Below are positions 55,636 to 64,000 of a DNA stretch of 64,000 nucleotides, one piece after another. The position numbers and the translations under genes were made by a program. Within the stretch, counting starts at the first letter, position 1; every line of letters begins with the position of its first letter. The notes beneath the pieces are model-generated. The model searched no databases. It was given only the letters and a program-made list of their open reading frames with translations, and was not told where the DNA came from. This DNA comes from Acidimicrobiaceae bacterium (GTDB lineage Bacteria > Actinomycetota > Acidimicrobiia > Acidimicrobiales > Ilumatobacteraceae), in contig CANIHL010000001.1 of assembly GCA_947467375.1 (NCBI GenBank), forward strand, positions 26,610-90,609, in the 5' to 3' direction.

Positions 55636-56871
55636 ATGTCAACACTTCGGATTGATGGACAACGTCTCTTGGATCGCATTATGGCATTGGCGGCGATTTC
55701 CCCAATTGAAGGTGGCGGAAACTGTCGTCTTGCCTTGACTGATGAAGATAAAGACGGTCGCGATCTTGTCGTTACGTGGATGAAAGATTTGGGGCTTTCG
55801 GTTTCAGTGGACGTTGTCGGCAACATCATCGGCGTATGGAATGTTGGCAGTGGCTCCCCTGTAATGACAGGTTCGCACATTGACACTGTGCGCACCGGCG
55901 GTAAATATGACGGAAATCTTGGGGTGCTTGCAGGACTGCAAGTCATTGAGACACTGCAACAGGCCGGTGTCACTCCGCAGCGACCTTTTGCTGTTGGGGT
56001 TTTCACCGATGAAGAAGGTGCACGTTTTGCGCCCGACATGCTGGGCTCGTTGGTATTCGTTGGCGGACTTTCCGTTGAGGAAGCACTCGATATACAAGCC
56101 ATCGATGGTCCACGACTTGGCGACGAACTCACACGTATTGGTTATGCAGGAAACACGCCATGCCCGCAAACTCCGCCACACGCATTCGTCGAGCTCCACA
56201 TCGAGCAAGGACCTCTCTTGGAAGCCAATGATGTCCGCTTTGGTGCCGTAACTGGAGTTCAAGGTATCTCGTGGCAAGAGCTGACCATTACGGGGCAAAG
56301 TAATCATGCCGGCACCACCCCAATGCGCTTACGCAAGGATCCTGTTGTTGTCGTTGCAGAAGTTGCGAAGTTTTTACATGACCTCGCCTTGCGGTACGGC
56401 GGCAACCAAGTGTGCACCGTAGGAAAAATTGATGTTCATCCGAGTTTGATCAACGTTGTTGCAGCCAAGGCAACGATGACGTTGGACGTACGAAATACCG
56501 ATGAGCAACTTCTGAAACAGGCTGAGCATGAAATTGCTCATTTCATCACGGAAATTGCACAACGCGAAGGAGTCACCACATCCGTTCGAACGCTTGCGCG
56601 TTTTGAACCGGTGCAATTCGATCAGCGAGTAATTGACATTGTTCACCATCATGCAATCGAATTAGGACACACCGTGCAGTACATGCCGTCTGGCGCGGGA
56701 CACGATGCTCAAATGATCGCTCGAGTTTGTCCTACTGCAATGATCTTTACGCAGAGCAAAGATGGACTTAGCCATAATCCGGCCGAATACACATCTCCTG
56801 AAGATCTTGAAGCTGGTGCCAACATTCTCTTACAGACCATGCTGACTCTTGCAGAGACAGACTTTTCATAA
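55636..56871 (+). CDS. M20 amidohydrolase of the allantoate amidohydrolase / N-carbamoyl-L-amino-acid hydrolase / beta-ureidopropionase type
   Basis: LRIDGQRLLDRIMALAAIS...GGNCRLALTDED...GSHIDTVRTGGKYDGNLGVLAGL is the family-typical N-terminus. Start set at ATG 55636. Confidence 0.8.
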   Translation: MSTLRIDGQRLLDRIMALAAISPIEGGGNCRLALTDEDKDGRDLVVTWMKDLGLSVSVDVVGNIIGVWNVGSGSPVMTGSHIDTVRTGGKYDGNLGVLAGLQVIETLQQAGVTPQRPFAVGVFTDEEGARFAPDMLGSLVFVGGLSVEEALDIQAIDGPRLGDELTRIGYAGNTPCPQTPPHAFVELHIEQGPLLEANDVRFGAVTGVQGISWQELTITGQSNHAGTTPMRLRKDPVVVVAEVAKFLHDLALRYGGNQVCTVGKIDVHPSLINVVAAKATMTLDVRNTDEQLLKQAEHEIAHFITEIAQREGVTTSVRTLARFEPVQFDQRVIDIVHHHAIELGHTVQYMPSGAGHDAQMIARVCPTAMIFTQSKDGLSHNPAEYTSPEDLEAGANILLQTMLTLAETDFS

Positions 56872-56913
56872 CGCATTCAATCCTTCTACTCATCAGCAAT
56901 TAGGCTCATCGTC

Positions 56914-57840
56914 ATGGCACGAATCGTTACTGTCGCAGCAGCACAATTAGGACCAATACAACGAGATGATTCTCGAGCTTCGTGCGTGGAGCGAATGATC
57001 ACTCTGTTGCAGCAGGCTGCACAGGCTGAATGCGACTTGGTTGTCTTTCCCGAGCTTGCTCTCACAACATTTTTCCCACGTTGGTTTGTATCCGATATTC
57101 GTGAAGCAGACCACTGGTATGAAACCTCCATGCCAAATGCTGAGACACAGCCGCTGTTCGATGAAGCCAAGCGATTGAAGATCGGATTTTCACTCGGTTA
57201 TGCAGAACTCACTGCGGACGGCCAGCGTTTCAATACTCAGATTTTGGTTGAAAAAGATGGCTCAGTTGTCGCCAAATATCGCAAGGTACACATCCCCGGT
57301 CACGAAGAACACGAACCAGATCGTCCATTCCAACACGCTGAGCGCTACTACTTCACTCCAAGTAACGAAGGCTTCGGAGTGTGGAAAGCATTTGGCGGAC
57401 GCATGGGCATGATGATCTGCAATGACCGTCGTTGGCCTGAGACCTATCGCGAAATGGGACTCCAGGGCGTAGAAATGATCTTGTGCGGATACAACACTCC
57501 GATGCACTACGTTCCGGATCCATCGCAGGATGTGCTCGCTGGTTTCCACAATGCGCTTGTGATGCAAAGCGGTGCATACCAAAACGGAACATTCGTCGTT
57601 GGAGTTGCAAAAGGTGGCATTGAAGAAGGTGTTGACAGTCTTGCCGATTCCAGCATTATTGGACCTTCCGGAGAGATCCTCGCCAAAACGGTGACCAATG
57701 GAGACGAGATTGCCGTTTCAGCATGTGACCTGGATTGGTGTTACCAATACAAAAACACCTTGTTCGACTTTGACCGGTATCGCCGCCCAGAGGTGTATCA
57801 ACGAATCACGCGCCAACGAGGCGCAATTCTGGCTGACTGA
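56914..57840 (+). CDS. CN-hydrolase (nitrilase superfamily), N-carbamoyl-D-amino-acid hydrolase-like
   Basis: 308 aa with Glu in VVFPELALTTFFPRWF, Lys in YRKVHIPG and Cys in MMICNDRRWPE. Confidence 0.8.
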   Translation: MARIVTVAAAQLGPIQRDDSRASCVERMITLLQQAAQAECDLVVFPELALTTFFPRWFVSDIREADHWYETSMPNAETQPLFDEAKRLKIGFSLGYAELTADGQRFNTQILVEKDGSVVAKYRKVHIPGHEEHEPDRPFQHAERYYFTPSNEGFGVWKAFGGRMGMMICNDRRWPETYREMGLQGVEMILCGYNTPMHYVPDPSQDVLAGFHNALVMQSGAYQNGTFVVGVAKGGIEEGVDSLADSSIIGPSGEILAKTVTNGDEIAVSACDLDWCYQYKNTLFDFDRYRRPEVYQRITRQRGAILAD

Positions 57841-57919
57841 ACGAGTCTTTTTTACATTCTGTAAAACCCAAACCCAATAGGTGTATGGTAAACCTAGCAA
57901 TTGGGCGAAGGGGGCGGGT

Positions 57920-60505
57920 ATGGAAGACACGATGGTGCAGTTCGTAGCCAATGGCGTCCCTGTCAGCGTGCGTGGCAATCACCCGCACTTGCTCTCTGCT
58001 CTCCGAGAAGAACTCAACATCACTTCACCGAAGGATGGTTGCTCTCCTAGTGGCCAATGTGGCTGTTGCACCGTATTCGTAAACGGCAAAGCGGTGGTGA
58101 GTTGTCAAACGAGTTTAGAAAAGGTTGCCGGCGGTGAAGTCACGACCCTTGAAGGCATCGATGAGTCAGAGCGTAAAAAGTACTCCGATGCTTTTGCCGC
58201 GTGTGGCGGATTGCAGTGTGGATTCTGCATTCCAGGAATCGTTGTTCGCGCGAAAGCTCAAGTGGACAAGAAAGGCGCTGACCTCAAGCGCGAAGATATG
58301 GCGCGCCATCTTGGCGCGCACCTTTGTCGCTGCACAGGATACGTCAAAGTTTTGGACGCAATTGAAATGGTTGCCCAAGGTCAAACGCCCGTGTTGCCAA
58401 AAGTTGGTGGCATTGGATCGCGCAGCGTCAAATACGAAGCTCACGAACTCGCGCTTGGCGATCGTGGCTATGTCGACGACATACGCATCGAAGGCATGCT
58501 GCATGCTTCATTGCACTTCACAAAACACACGAGAGCAAAAGTCATCGGTATTGACACCTCTAAGGCGCTTGCCCTAGATGGTGTGACTGCAGTGTTTACG
58601 GCAGAAGACATTCCAGGTGAATTGATGGTGGGCATCATCTACAAAGATTGGCCAGTCATGATTCCTGTTGGTGGCTACACCTCGTATGCAGGTGACGTCC
58701 TCGCAGTTGTGGTTGCTCATGATCGCATCACCGCGCGTGCAGCATCCGAATTAATTGATGTGCAATACGAGGTGCTTCAACCTGTCACCGATCCTCGTAG
58801 CGCAATTGCCAGCAACGAAATTGCGGTATGGAAGACAACATCCAATGTTCTGAGCACCAGTGCATACAAACGTGGAGACGTAGAAGCCGCATTTGCATCG
58901 TGTGCACACATTGTCGAACAAGATTTCAGCACTCAGCGTATTGAACATGCATTCCTAGAGCCAGAAAGCACGTTGGCTGTCCCGTCAGAAGATGGAACGC
59001 GGCTTCACGTGTATTCCGGAGGCCAAGGCATTTGGGACGATCGCAACGACATCGCCAATCTGCTTGCACTATCCAATGATCAAGTAACGGTTGAGCTGAT
59101 TACGAATGGTGGTGCCTTTGGTGGCAAGGAAGACATGAGCAACCAGGCGCATGCTTCTTTAGCTGCCTGGCTACTTCAAGTGCCCGTGAAGTGCACGCTG
59201 TCTCGCGAAGAGAGCTTTCTCATGCATGCCAAACGCCACCCCATTGACATGTCGTACAAGATTGGCTGCGATGAACACGGCAAAATTCTTGCACTTCATG
59301 TGCGAGCTATTGGAGACAGCGGAGCGTATGCAAGCGTTGGAATGAAGGTGCTTGAGCGCATGGCGGGACACGCCAGCGGACCATATCTCGTACCAAATAT
59401 TGACGTCGAGGCAATAGCAGTAAGAACAAACAACCCAGTGTGTGGTGCGTTTCGCGGGTTTGGTGCCAACCAAGCGCAGTTCGCCATGGAAGGTGTACTC
59501 GATCGGTTGGCTGAAAAGGTCGGGATTGACGGCTGGGCAATTCGCAGAGCGAATGTGATCATGCCCGGCATGGTGTGGGGACCTGGTCAAATCATGGACG
59601 ATGGTTGCCTTGGTGCCTCAAAATGCCTTGACACGATCAAACCCGCTTACGACGCTGCTCGAGCTTCTGGTAAGGCAATCGGACTGGGACTTGGTTTGAA
59701 GAACAGCGGACTCGGAAATGGGTTTAAAGAAATCACACGCGCTGTTGTGCACTTTAAACATGATGGACGAATTGAGGTGCGCCATGGCTGGACCGAAATG
59801 GGCCAAGGCATCAACACTGTTGCTCAGCAAGTTGCTGTAGAAGAACTTGGTGTCGATGGCTCGCTGATTGATGTCATTGTTGACACCACACGCGAACTTG
59901 GTCTTGGCCAAACAACCGGATCTCGCGGAACGCTCATGGGTGCAGGCGCCGTTAAATCTGCGTGCGAAGCCGCTCGGGAAGCGAACTGTGCAGTCGGAAT
60001 TGATCACGTCGGCGAATATCGAGTGGACTGGACTACCAAACTTGGTGAACCTGGCATCGAGAATCCGATCATTCACTCAACATTTGGATACGCCGCACAA
60101 CTCGTCATCGTTGATCGTGAAACGGGAAAGATCGAACACGTTGTCGCGGCCCATGACGTTGGACGTGCTGTAAATCCACAACTTTGCGAAGGCCAGATCG
60201 AAGGCTCAGTACATATGGGGCTCGGCTACGCACTCAGCGAGGACTTCCCTAGCGATCCTGAAACCGGGTTTCCGACCAATAAGACATTGCGCAGTCTTGG
60301 CATCCTTCGTGCAAAGGATGTTCCAAGAATCTCCGTGCAACTTGTCGAATCTGCCCAGCCGAATTCCCCATATGGAATTAAGGGTGTTGGTGAAATCGGT
60401 TTGGTGCCAACAGCGGGTGCAGTTGCAGCCGCCTTGCATGACTTTGATGGAGTGTGGCGATCAAAACTTCCAATGAAGCGTGACGATTCGAGTTCCGAGG
60501 ATTAG
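57920..60505 (+). CDS. Fused [2Fe-2S]x2 + molybdopterin-binding hydroxylase (XdhD-like; xanthine dehydrogenase/aldehyde oxidase family)
   Basis: N-terminus has CSPSGQCGCCTV, LQCGFCIPG and CRCTGY. An a/b-hammerhead and MoCo domains with NGGAFGGKED follow. ATG 57920 is preceded by AAGGGGG. Confidence 0.85.
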   Translation: MEDTMVQFVANGVPVSVRGNHPHLLSALREELNITSPKDGCSPSGQCGCCTVFVNGKAVVSCQTSLEKVAGGEVTTLEGIDESERKKYSDAFAACGGLQCGFCIPGIVVRAKAQVDKKGADLKREDMARHLGAHLCRCTGYVKVLDAIEMVAQGQTPVLPKVGGIGSRSVKYEAHELALGDRGYVDDIRIEGMLHASLHFTKHTRAKVIGIDTSKALALDGVTAVFTAEDIPGELMVGIIYKDWPVMIPVGGYTSYAGDVLAVVVAHDRITARAASELIDVQYEVLQPVTDPRSAIASNEIAVWKTTSNVLSTSAYKRGDVEAAFASCAHIVEQDFSTQRIEHAFLEPESTLAVPSEDGTRLHVYSGGQGIWDDRNDIANLLALSNDQVTVELITNGGAFGGKEDMSNQAHASLAAWLLQVPVKCTLSREESFLMHAKRHPIDMSYKIGCDEHGKILALHVRAIGDSGAYASVGMKVLERMAGHASGPYLVPNIDVEAIAVRTNNPVCGAFRGFGANQAQFAMEGVLDRLAEKVGIDGWAIRRANVIMPGMVWGPGQIMDDGCLGASKCLDTIKPAYDAARASGKAIGLGLGLKNSGLGNGFKEITRAVVHFKHDGRIEVRHGWTEMGQGINTVAQQVAVEELGVDGSLIDVIVDTTRELGLGQTTGSRGTLMGAGAVKSACEAAREANCAVGIDHVGEYRVDWTTKLGEPGIENPIIHSTFGYAAQLVIVDRETGKIEHVVAAHDVGRAVNPQLCEGQIEGSVHMGLGYALSEDFPSDPETGFPTNKTLRSLGILRAKDVPRISVQLVESAQPNSPYGIKGVGEIGLVPTAGAVAAALHDFDGVWRSKLPMKRDDSSSED

Positions 60506-60507
60506 CC

Positions 60508-61578
60508 ATGACGAACATCACGCCAGGGATGGTCTGCGCTCATCACCATCTCTACAGTTCACTCGCTCGCGGAATGCCAGCCCCACGCGGCAAGACGGAT
60601 TCGTTTATCTCCATTCTCGAAAATATCTGGTGGCGTATAGACGCCGCCCTTGATCTCGACATGATTTATTGGTCCGCAGCATTAGGTGCAGCCGAGGCAC
60701 TGTCAAGTGGAACCACATGCATCATCGATCATCACGAATCACCTCATGCAATAGAGGGTTCGCTTGCAACAATTGCCAAGGCTTGTCGCGACGTCGGCGT
60801 GCGCGTAAATGCAAGCTACGGCGTAACTGATCGTTGGGATAACGCTGGAAACATTCACAGCAGTGTCGATGCTTCAACCAAGATGACCAGCGGTGCACGG
60901 CGCGGGCTTGATGAAGGTCTTGCATTCATCAAAAGTGGCGGTCGGGGCATGATCGGAGTTCACGCAGCATTCACCTGTGGCGACGAGACATTGCACGAAG
61001 CTGCATCACTTGCAGAGTCACTTGGTGTGGGAGTGCATGTTCACGTCGCTGAAGGTTTGGACGATGTGGATGCGGGTTCGCGGCTAGAACGTATTGCCAA
61101 AGAAAATTGGTTACTCATTCATGCGGTGCATTTGGATCGACAGTTGCTGGGATCCATAGTCCACAACCCTCGTTCGAATATGAATAACTCTGTTGGTTAC
61201 GCCAAGCCTTCTACGCGAACCAACAATATTCTTCTTGGCACTGATGGCATCGGGGCAAACATGATGGAAGAGGCGCGACTCGCCTATGTCCGACTACGCG
61301 AATTTGACGTTTCTCAAGATCCAACCGTCGTCGATCAATGGCTTCAGAACAATTACCAGTATTTTCCCGAGGCCAAGAACGACAAAGTGACATGGTCGTA
61401 CTACAACATGTCCAGTCCTTGGCATACGGCATTCACCACCGATATGCATGTCCTCTCCGTTGAGGTTGATGGCGAGAAGTTATATGAAGAAGGAAAATTC
61501 ATGCGAATGGACATTCAAGAAATTCGCGCAAAGGCAAATGAACAAGCACAGCGATTATTTGAAAGGTTGGAATCATGA
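60508..61578 (+). CDS. ssnA: SsnA-type aminohydrolase (amidohydrolase superfamily), N-terminally short
   Basis: 356 aa with [44 protein letters not shown] and [13 protein letters not shown], which resemble SsnA as I recall it. The HxH motif begins at residue 11. Confidence 0.7.
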   Translation: MTNITPGMVCAHHHLYSSLARGMPAPRGKTDSFISILENIWWRIDAALDLDMIYWSAALGAAEALSSGTTCIIDHHESPHAIEGSLATIAKACRDVGVRVNASYGVTDRWDNAGNIHSSVDASTKMTSGARRGLDEGLAFIKSGGRGMIGVHAAFTCGDETLHEAASLAESLGVGVHVHVAEGLDDVDAGSRLERIAKENWLLIHAVHLDRQLLGSIVHNPRSNMNNSVGYAKPSTRTNNILLGTDGIGANMMEEARLAYVRLREFDVSQDPTVVDQWLQNNYQYFPEAKNDKVTWSYYNMSSPWHTAFTTDMHVLSVEVDGEKLYEEGKFMRMDIQEIRAKANEQAQRLFERLES

Positions 61579-62615
61579 GCATTCCCGCAGCAGCAATCAA
61601 CCCGAAAACCGGCAAGGCACGCATGGCTATCTACTTGCAGGACGCGCACCCAATTCGCGAAGGCATGGCATTTGCTCAGTACGCAGAGTCAAAAGGTTTC
61701 GAAGCGGTATGGCAAGCAGAAAGCAGATTGGTCCGTGAGGCGACAGTACCGATGGCTGCATTCGCATCGGTCACCAACAACATCAAAGTTGGATCTGGCG
61801 TTGTGGACTGTTGGAGCCGTAACCCCGCAAGACTTGCAGCAACATTTTCGACTCTTGACGACCTTGCTCCTGGGCGCGTTATTTTGGGAATTGGTGCTTG
61901 GTGGGACCCGCTCGCACAAAAGGTGGGTATCTCACGCGCTAAGCCGCTGCGGGCCATGCGCGAAATTGTTACTGCAGTACGCGCATTGCTGCACAACGAA
62001 AATGTGACATTCAATGGCGAGTTTGTGCATTTCGATGGGATTGAACTCGACTATGTATATCAAGACCGCCGACCAAAGGATGTTCCGATTTATATCGGTG
62101 CCACCGGTATGCAAATGATGGAACTCACTGGTGAAATCGCTGACGGCGTCGTTCTCAACTATTTGGTCTCCCCTGATTACAACAAGCAAGCGATGGAAGC
62201 GCTGCAAACAGGAGCAGATAAGGCTGGTCGAAAGATTGAAGACATCGATCGACCACAGCTCGTCGTGTGCAGTGTGCATGAAGATCGCCAGACCGCATTA
62301 GACATGGCGCGCGAGATGGTGACGCAGTATCTCGGTCAGCAGCCACACATTATGAAGGCCTCGGGAGTTCCACAGTCATTGCTCGACAAGGTAGGTGAAG
62401 TGCTCACATGGCCCGCAACACACGAACAAGTAACCGCAGCCTCAAAACTCGTGCCAGATGAAATTGTGCAAATGCTTACCGCAAGCGGAACTCCAGCCGA
62501 AGCCCGCGAACAAGTCCGTCACTATTTGAATAACGGAGCAACGTGCCCGATTTTGTATCCACTTGGTGATGTGCACGCCATGATCGACGCATTTGCGGAT
62601 TGGGATGGCAACTAA
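61575..62615 (+). CDS. LLM-class (luciferase-like) flavin/F420-dependent oxidoreductase
   Basis: 346 aa, Mer/LLM-like ([12 protein letters not shown]..., [15 protein letters not shown]). ATGA overlap with ssnA. Confidence 0.75.
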   Translation: MSIPAAAINPKTGKARMAIYLQDAHPIREGMAFAQYAESKGFEAVWQAESRLVREATVPMAAFASVTNNIKVGSGVVDCWSRNPARLAATFSTLDDLAPGRVILGIGAWWDPLAQKVGISRAKPLRAMREIVTAVRALLHNENVTFNGEFVHFDGIELDYVYQDRRPKDVPIYIGATGMQMMELTGEIADGVVLNYLVSPDYNKQAMEALQTGADKAGRKIEDIDRPQLVVCSVHEDRQTALDMAREMVTQYLGQQPHIMKASGVPQSLLDKVGEVLTWPATHEQVTAASKLVPDEIVQMLTASGTPAEAREQVRHYLNNGATCPILYPLGDVHAMIDAFADWDGN

Positions 62616-62617
62616 AC

Positions 62618-63463
62618 ATGACCGTCATTGTTGCCAAAGAACTAACAACGGCACTTACTGCTCTGCGAGAACACGCCGATGCGCGACTTATCCAGGGTGG
62701 CACTGACCTCATGGTGGAAATCAACTTCAACCACGTAAAGCCAACGACCATGATCAGCCTCCGTGATATCGATTCGTTGCGAACTATTCGCCGTGATCAA
62801 CCCGGCATGCTTTCCATCGGATCGGGAGTGCCCTACTCAATCATTGAGGAGGAACCTGTTTTGTCAGACATCCCCGCGCTATCCCAAGCTGCTCGCACGG
62901 TTGGATCGCCTCAGATACGAGCTGCGGGATCACTAGGTGGGAACCTTGGAACGTGTTCACCTGCTGGGGACACCCTGCCAGTGATGTTTGCACTTGACGC
63001 CATGATTCATCTCAACACGCTCGATTCATCGCGTGTGGTTTCAATCCATGACTTCATGACTGGTGTAAAGCGAAGTGTTCGCCAGCACGACGAAATCATC
63101 ACGTCTATTGATTTTCCTATTGTCAAAGGCTGGCAGGGATATTCAAAAGTTGGCGTTCGTAACGCAATGGTCATTTCGGTTGCATCCACTTGTTTGGTCG
63201 CAGATCACGAGAACGCCACTGTGCGAATTGCCCTTGGATCAGTTGGACCGACGATCATTCGGTGCCGAGAAGCCGAAGCATGGCTAAAAGCGAATCATGA
63301 TTTGTCTGCAGGCGCTTCAATATCTCTCGACATTGCAGGAGAATTTGGCAAACGTGCTGCAGCCGAGTCTTCACCGATTGACGATCATCGCAGTACTGCC
63401 GCGTACCGTCGCCATGCAATTTCGGTTTTGGCATCTCGTTTGTTGAGGAAGGCGTACCAATGA
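62618..63463 (+). CDS. FAD-binding subunit of a molybdopterin hydroxylase (CoxM/XdhB/YgfM-like)
   Basis: LIQGGTDLMVEIN and IRAAGSLGGNLG motifs, with DDHRSTAAYRRH at the C-terminus. Start set at ATG 62618. Confidence 0.8.
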   Translation: MTVIVAKELTTALTALREHADARLIQGGTDLMVEINFNHVKPTTMISLRDIDSLRTIRRDQPGMLSIGSGVPYSIIEEEPVLSDIPALSQAARTVGSPQIRAAGSLGGNLGTCSPAGDTLPVMFALDAMIHLNTLDSSRVVSIHDFMTGVKRSVRQHDEIITSIDFPIVKGWQGYSKVGVRNAMVISVASTCLVADHENATVRIALGSVGPTIIRCREAEAWLKANHDLSAGASISLDIAGEFGKRAAAESSPIDDHRSTAAYRRHAISVLASRLLRKAYQ

Positions 63464-63945
63464 GCGCTAATGAATTTTATTCGCTGCACGTAAACGGCAA
63501 GACGATGCCAGTTCAAGATTCCTGGGTTGGTGAGAGCTTGTTGTACGTTCTACGCGAACGCCTAGGACTACCGGGCACCAAGGGAGCATGCGAGCAAGGT
63601 GAATGCGGTAGTTGCACTGTGCTGATGAACGGCAATGCCGTCTGTGCCTGCCTGGTAATGGCAGCGACAGCAGTCAATAGCGAAATCGTCACAGTCGAGG
63701 GCATCACCTCCGAATCAACACTGACAGATGTGCAGCAGAGCTTCGTCGAAGAGGGAGCTGTGCAATGCGGATTCTGTACACCGGGTTTGATTGTGGCAGT
63801 TCATCATCTTCTTGAAAAGAATCCTCAGCCATCCGAGTTTGAAGTTAAGGAAGCCATTTCAGGAAACATCTGTAGGTGCACTGGCTATGGTCGAGTGTTC
63901 GCAGCCGTTGAAGCAACCATTCGTTCACGAAATGAAGTGAAATAG
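63460..63945 (+). CDS. [2Fe-2S]x2 small subunit of a molybdopterin hydroxylase (CoxS-like)
   Basis: 161 aa with CEQGECGSCTV, VQCGFCTPG and CRCTGY. ATGA overlap with the FAD subunit. Confidence 0.9.
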   Translation: MSANEFYSLHVNGKTMPVQDSWVGESLLYVLRERLGLPGTKGACEQGECGSCTVLMNGNAVCACLVMAATAVNSEIVTVEGITSESTLTDVQQSFVEEGAVQCGFCTPGLIVAVHHLLEKNPQPSEFEVKEAISGNICRCTGYGRVFAAVEATIRSRNEVK

Positions 63946-63947
63946 TC

Positions 63948-64000
63948 ATGGCAAAGTCGTCTGTAGTTACGAAACCTCGAGACATCCTTGGCAATAGTGC
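63948..64000 (+). CDS. Start of probable molybdopterin-binding large subunit (truncated by window end)
   Basis: ATG 2 nt after the small-subunit stop, reading MAKSSVVTKPRDILGNS.... The call rests mainly on canonical M-S-L operon order. Confidence 0.4.
   Translation, partial: MAKSSVVTKPRDILGNS

Noticed and set aside
57881-57919. GTG-initiated 13-codon extension of the XdhD-like gene
   Set aside because: ATG 57920 has a good SD (AAGGGGG) and begins just before the ferredoxin-like fold. The extension has no support.

Overview
This window looks like 64 kb of core chromosome from a compact actinobacterium with roughly 50% GC by eye. The taxonomic call rests on a WhiB-family gene, DUF4193- and DUF3151-like proteins, trmI, the tatA-tatC-helY run, guaB1, tkt-tal and ctaA. 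I call about 70 protein-coding genes at very high coding density. Only about ten intergenic gaps exceed 70 nt, and many neighbouring genes overlap by 1-4 nt (ATGA or GTGA junctions).

I found no rRNA, tRNA, CRISPR array, transposase, integrase or phage genes, and no recognisable defence system.

Gene content is mostly housekeeping:
- Tat export, HelY helicase, signal peptidase, PBP4 and an M23 hydrolase
- transketolase and transaldolase, TypA, RNase D, Cmk, PlsC, TsaC, PanBC and heme A synthase
- a Liv-type ABC importer and a heterodimeric ABC exporter

The 3' end (about 51-64 kb) is more accessory-like. It holds a tightly packed operon with two molybdopterin hydroxylases, an SsnA-type aminohydrolase, an LLM oxidoreductase and two different carbamoyl-amidases.

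The most unusual observations, all from reading the sequence:
1. The LivJ-type binding lipoprotein appears circularly permuted.
2. A 535-aa protein is a tandem ThyX (Thy1) fusion whose signature motif is split between the two halves.
3. The hydroxylase/SsnA operon resembles the enterobacterial xdhD-ssnA-ygfM neighbourhood in a new context.
4. At least 13 genes have a TANNNT hexamer 6-7 nt upstream of the start codon, which suggests widespread leaderless transcription. Two of these share a near-identical 24-nt module.
5. An ORF truncated at the 5' window edge is missing from the supplied ORF track.

All family assignments come from motif recognition by eye. No database search was run.
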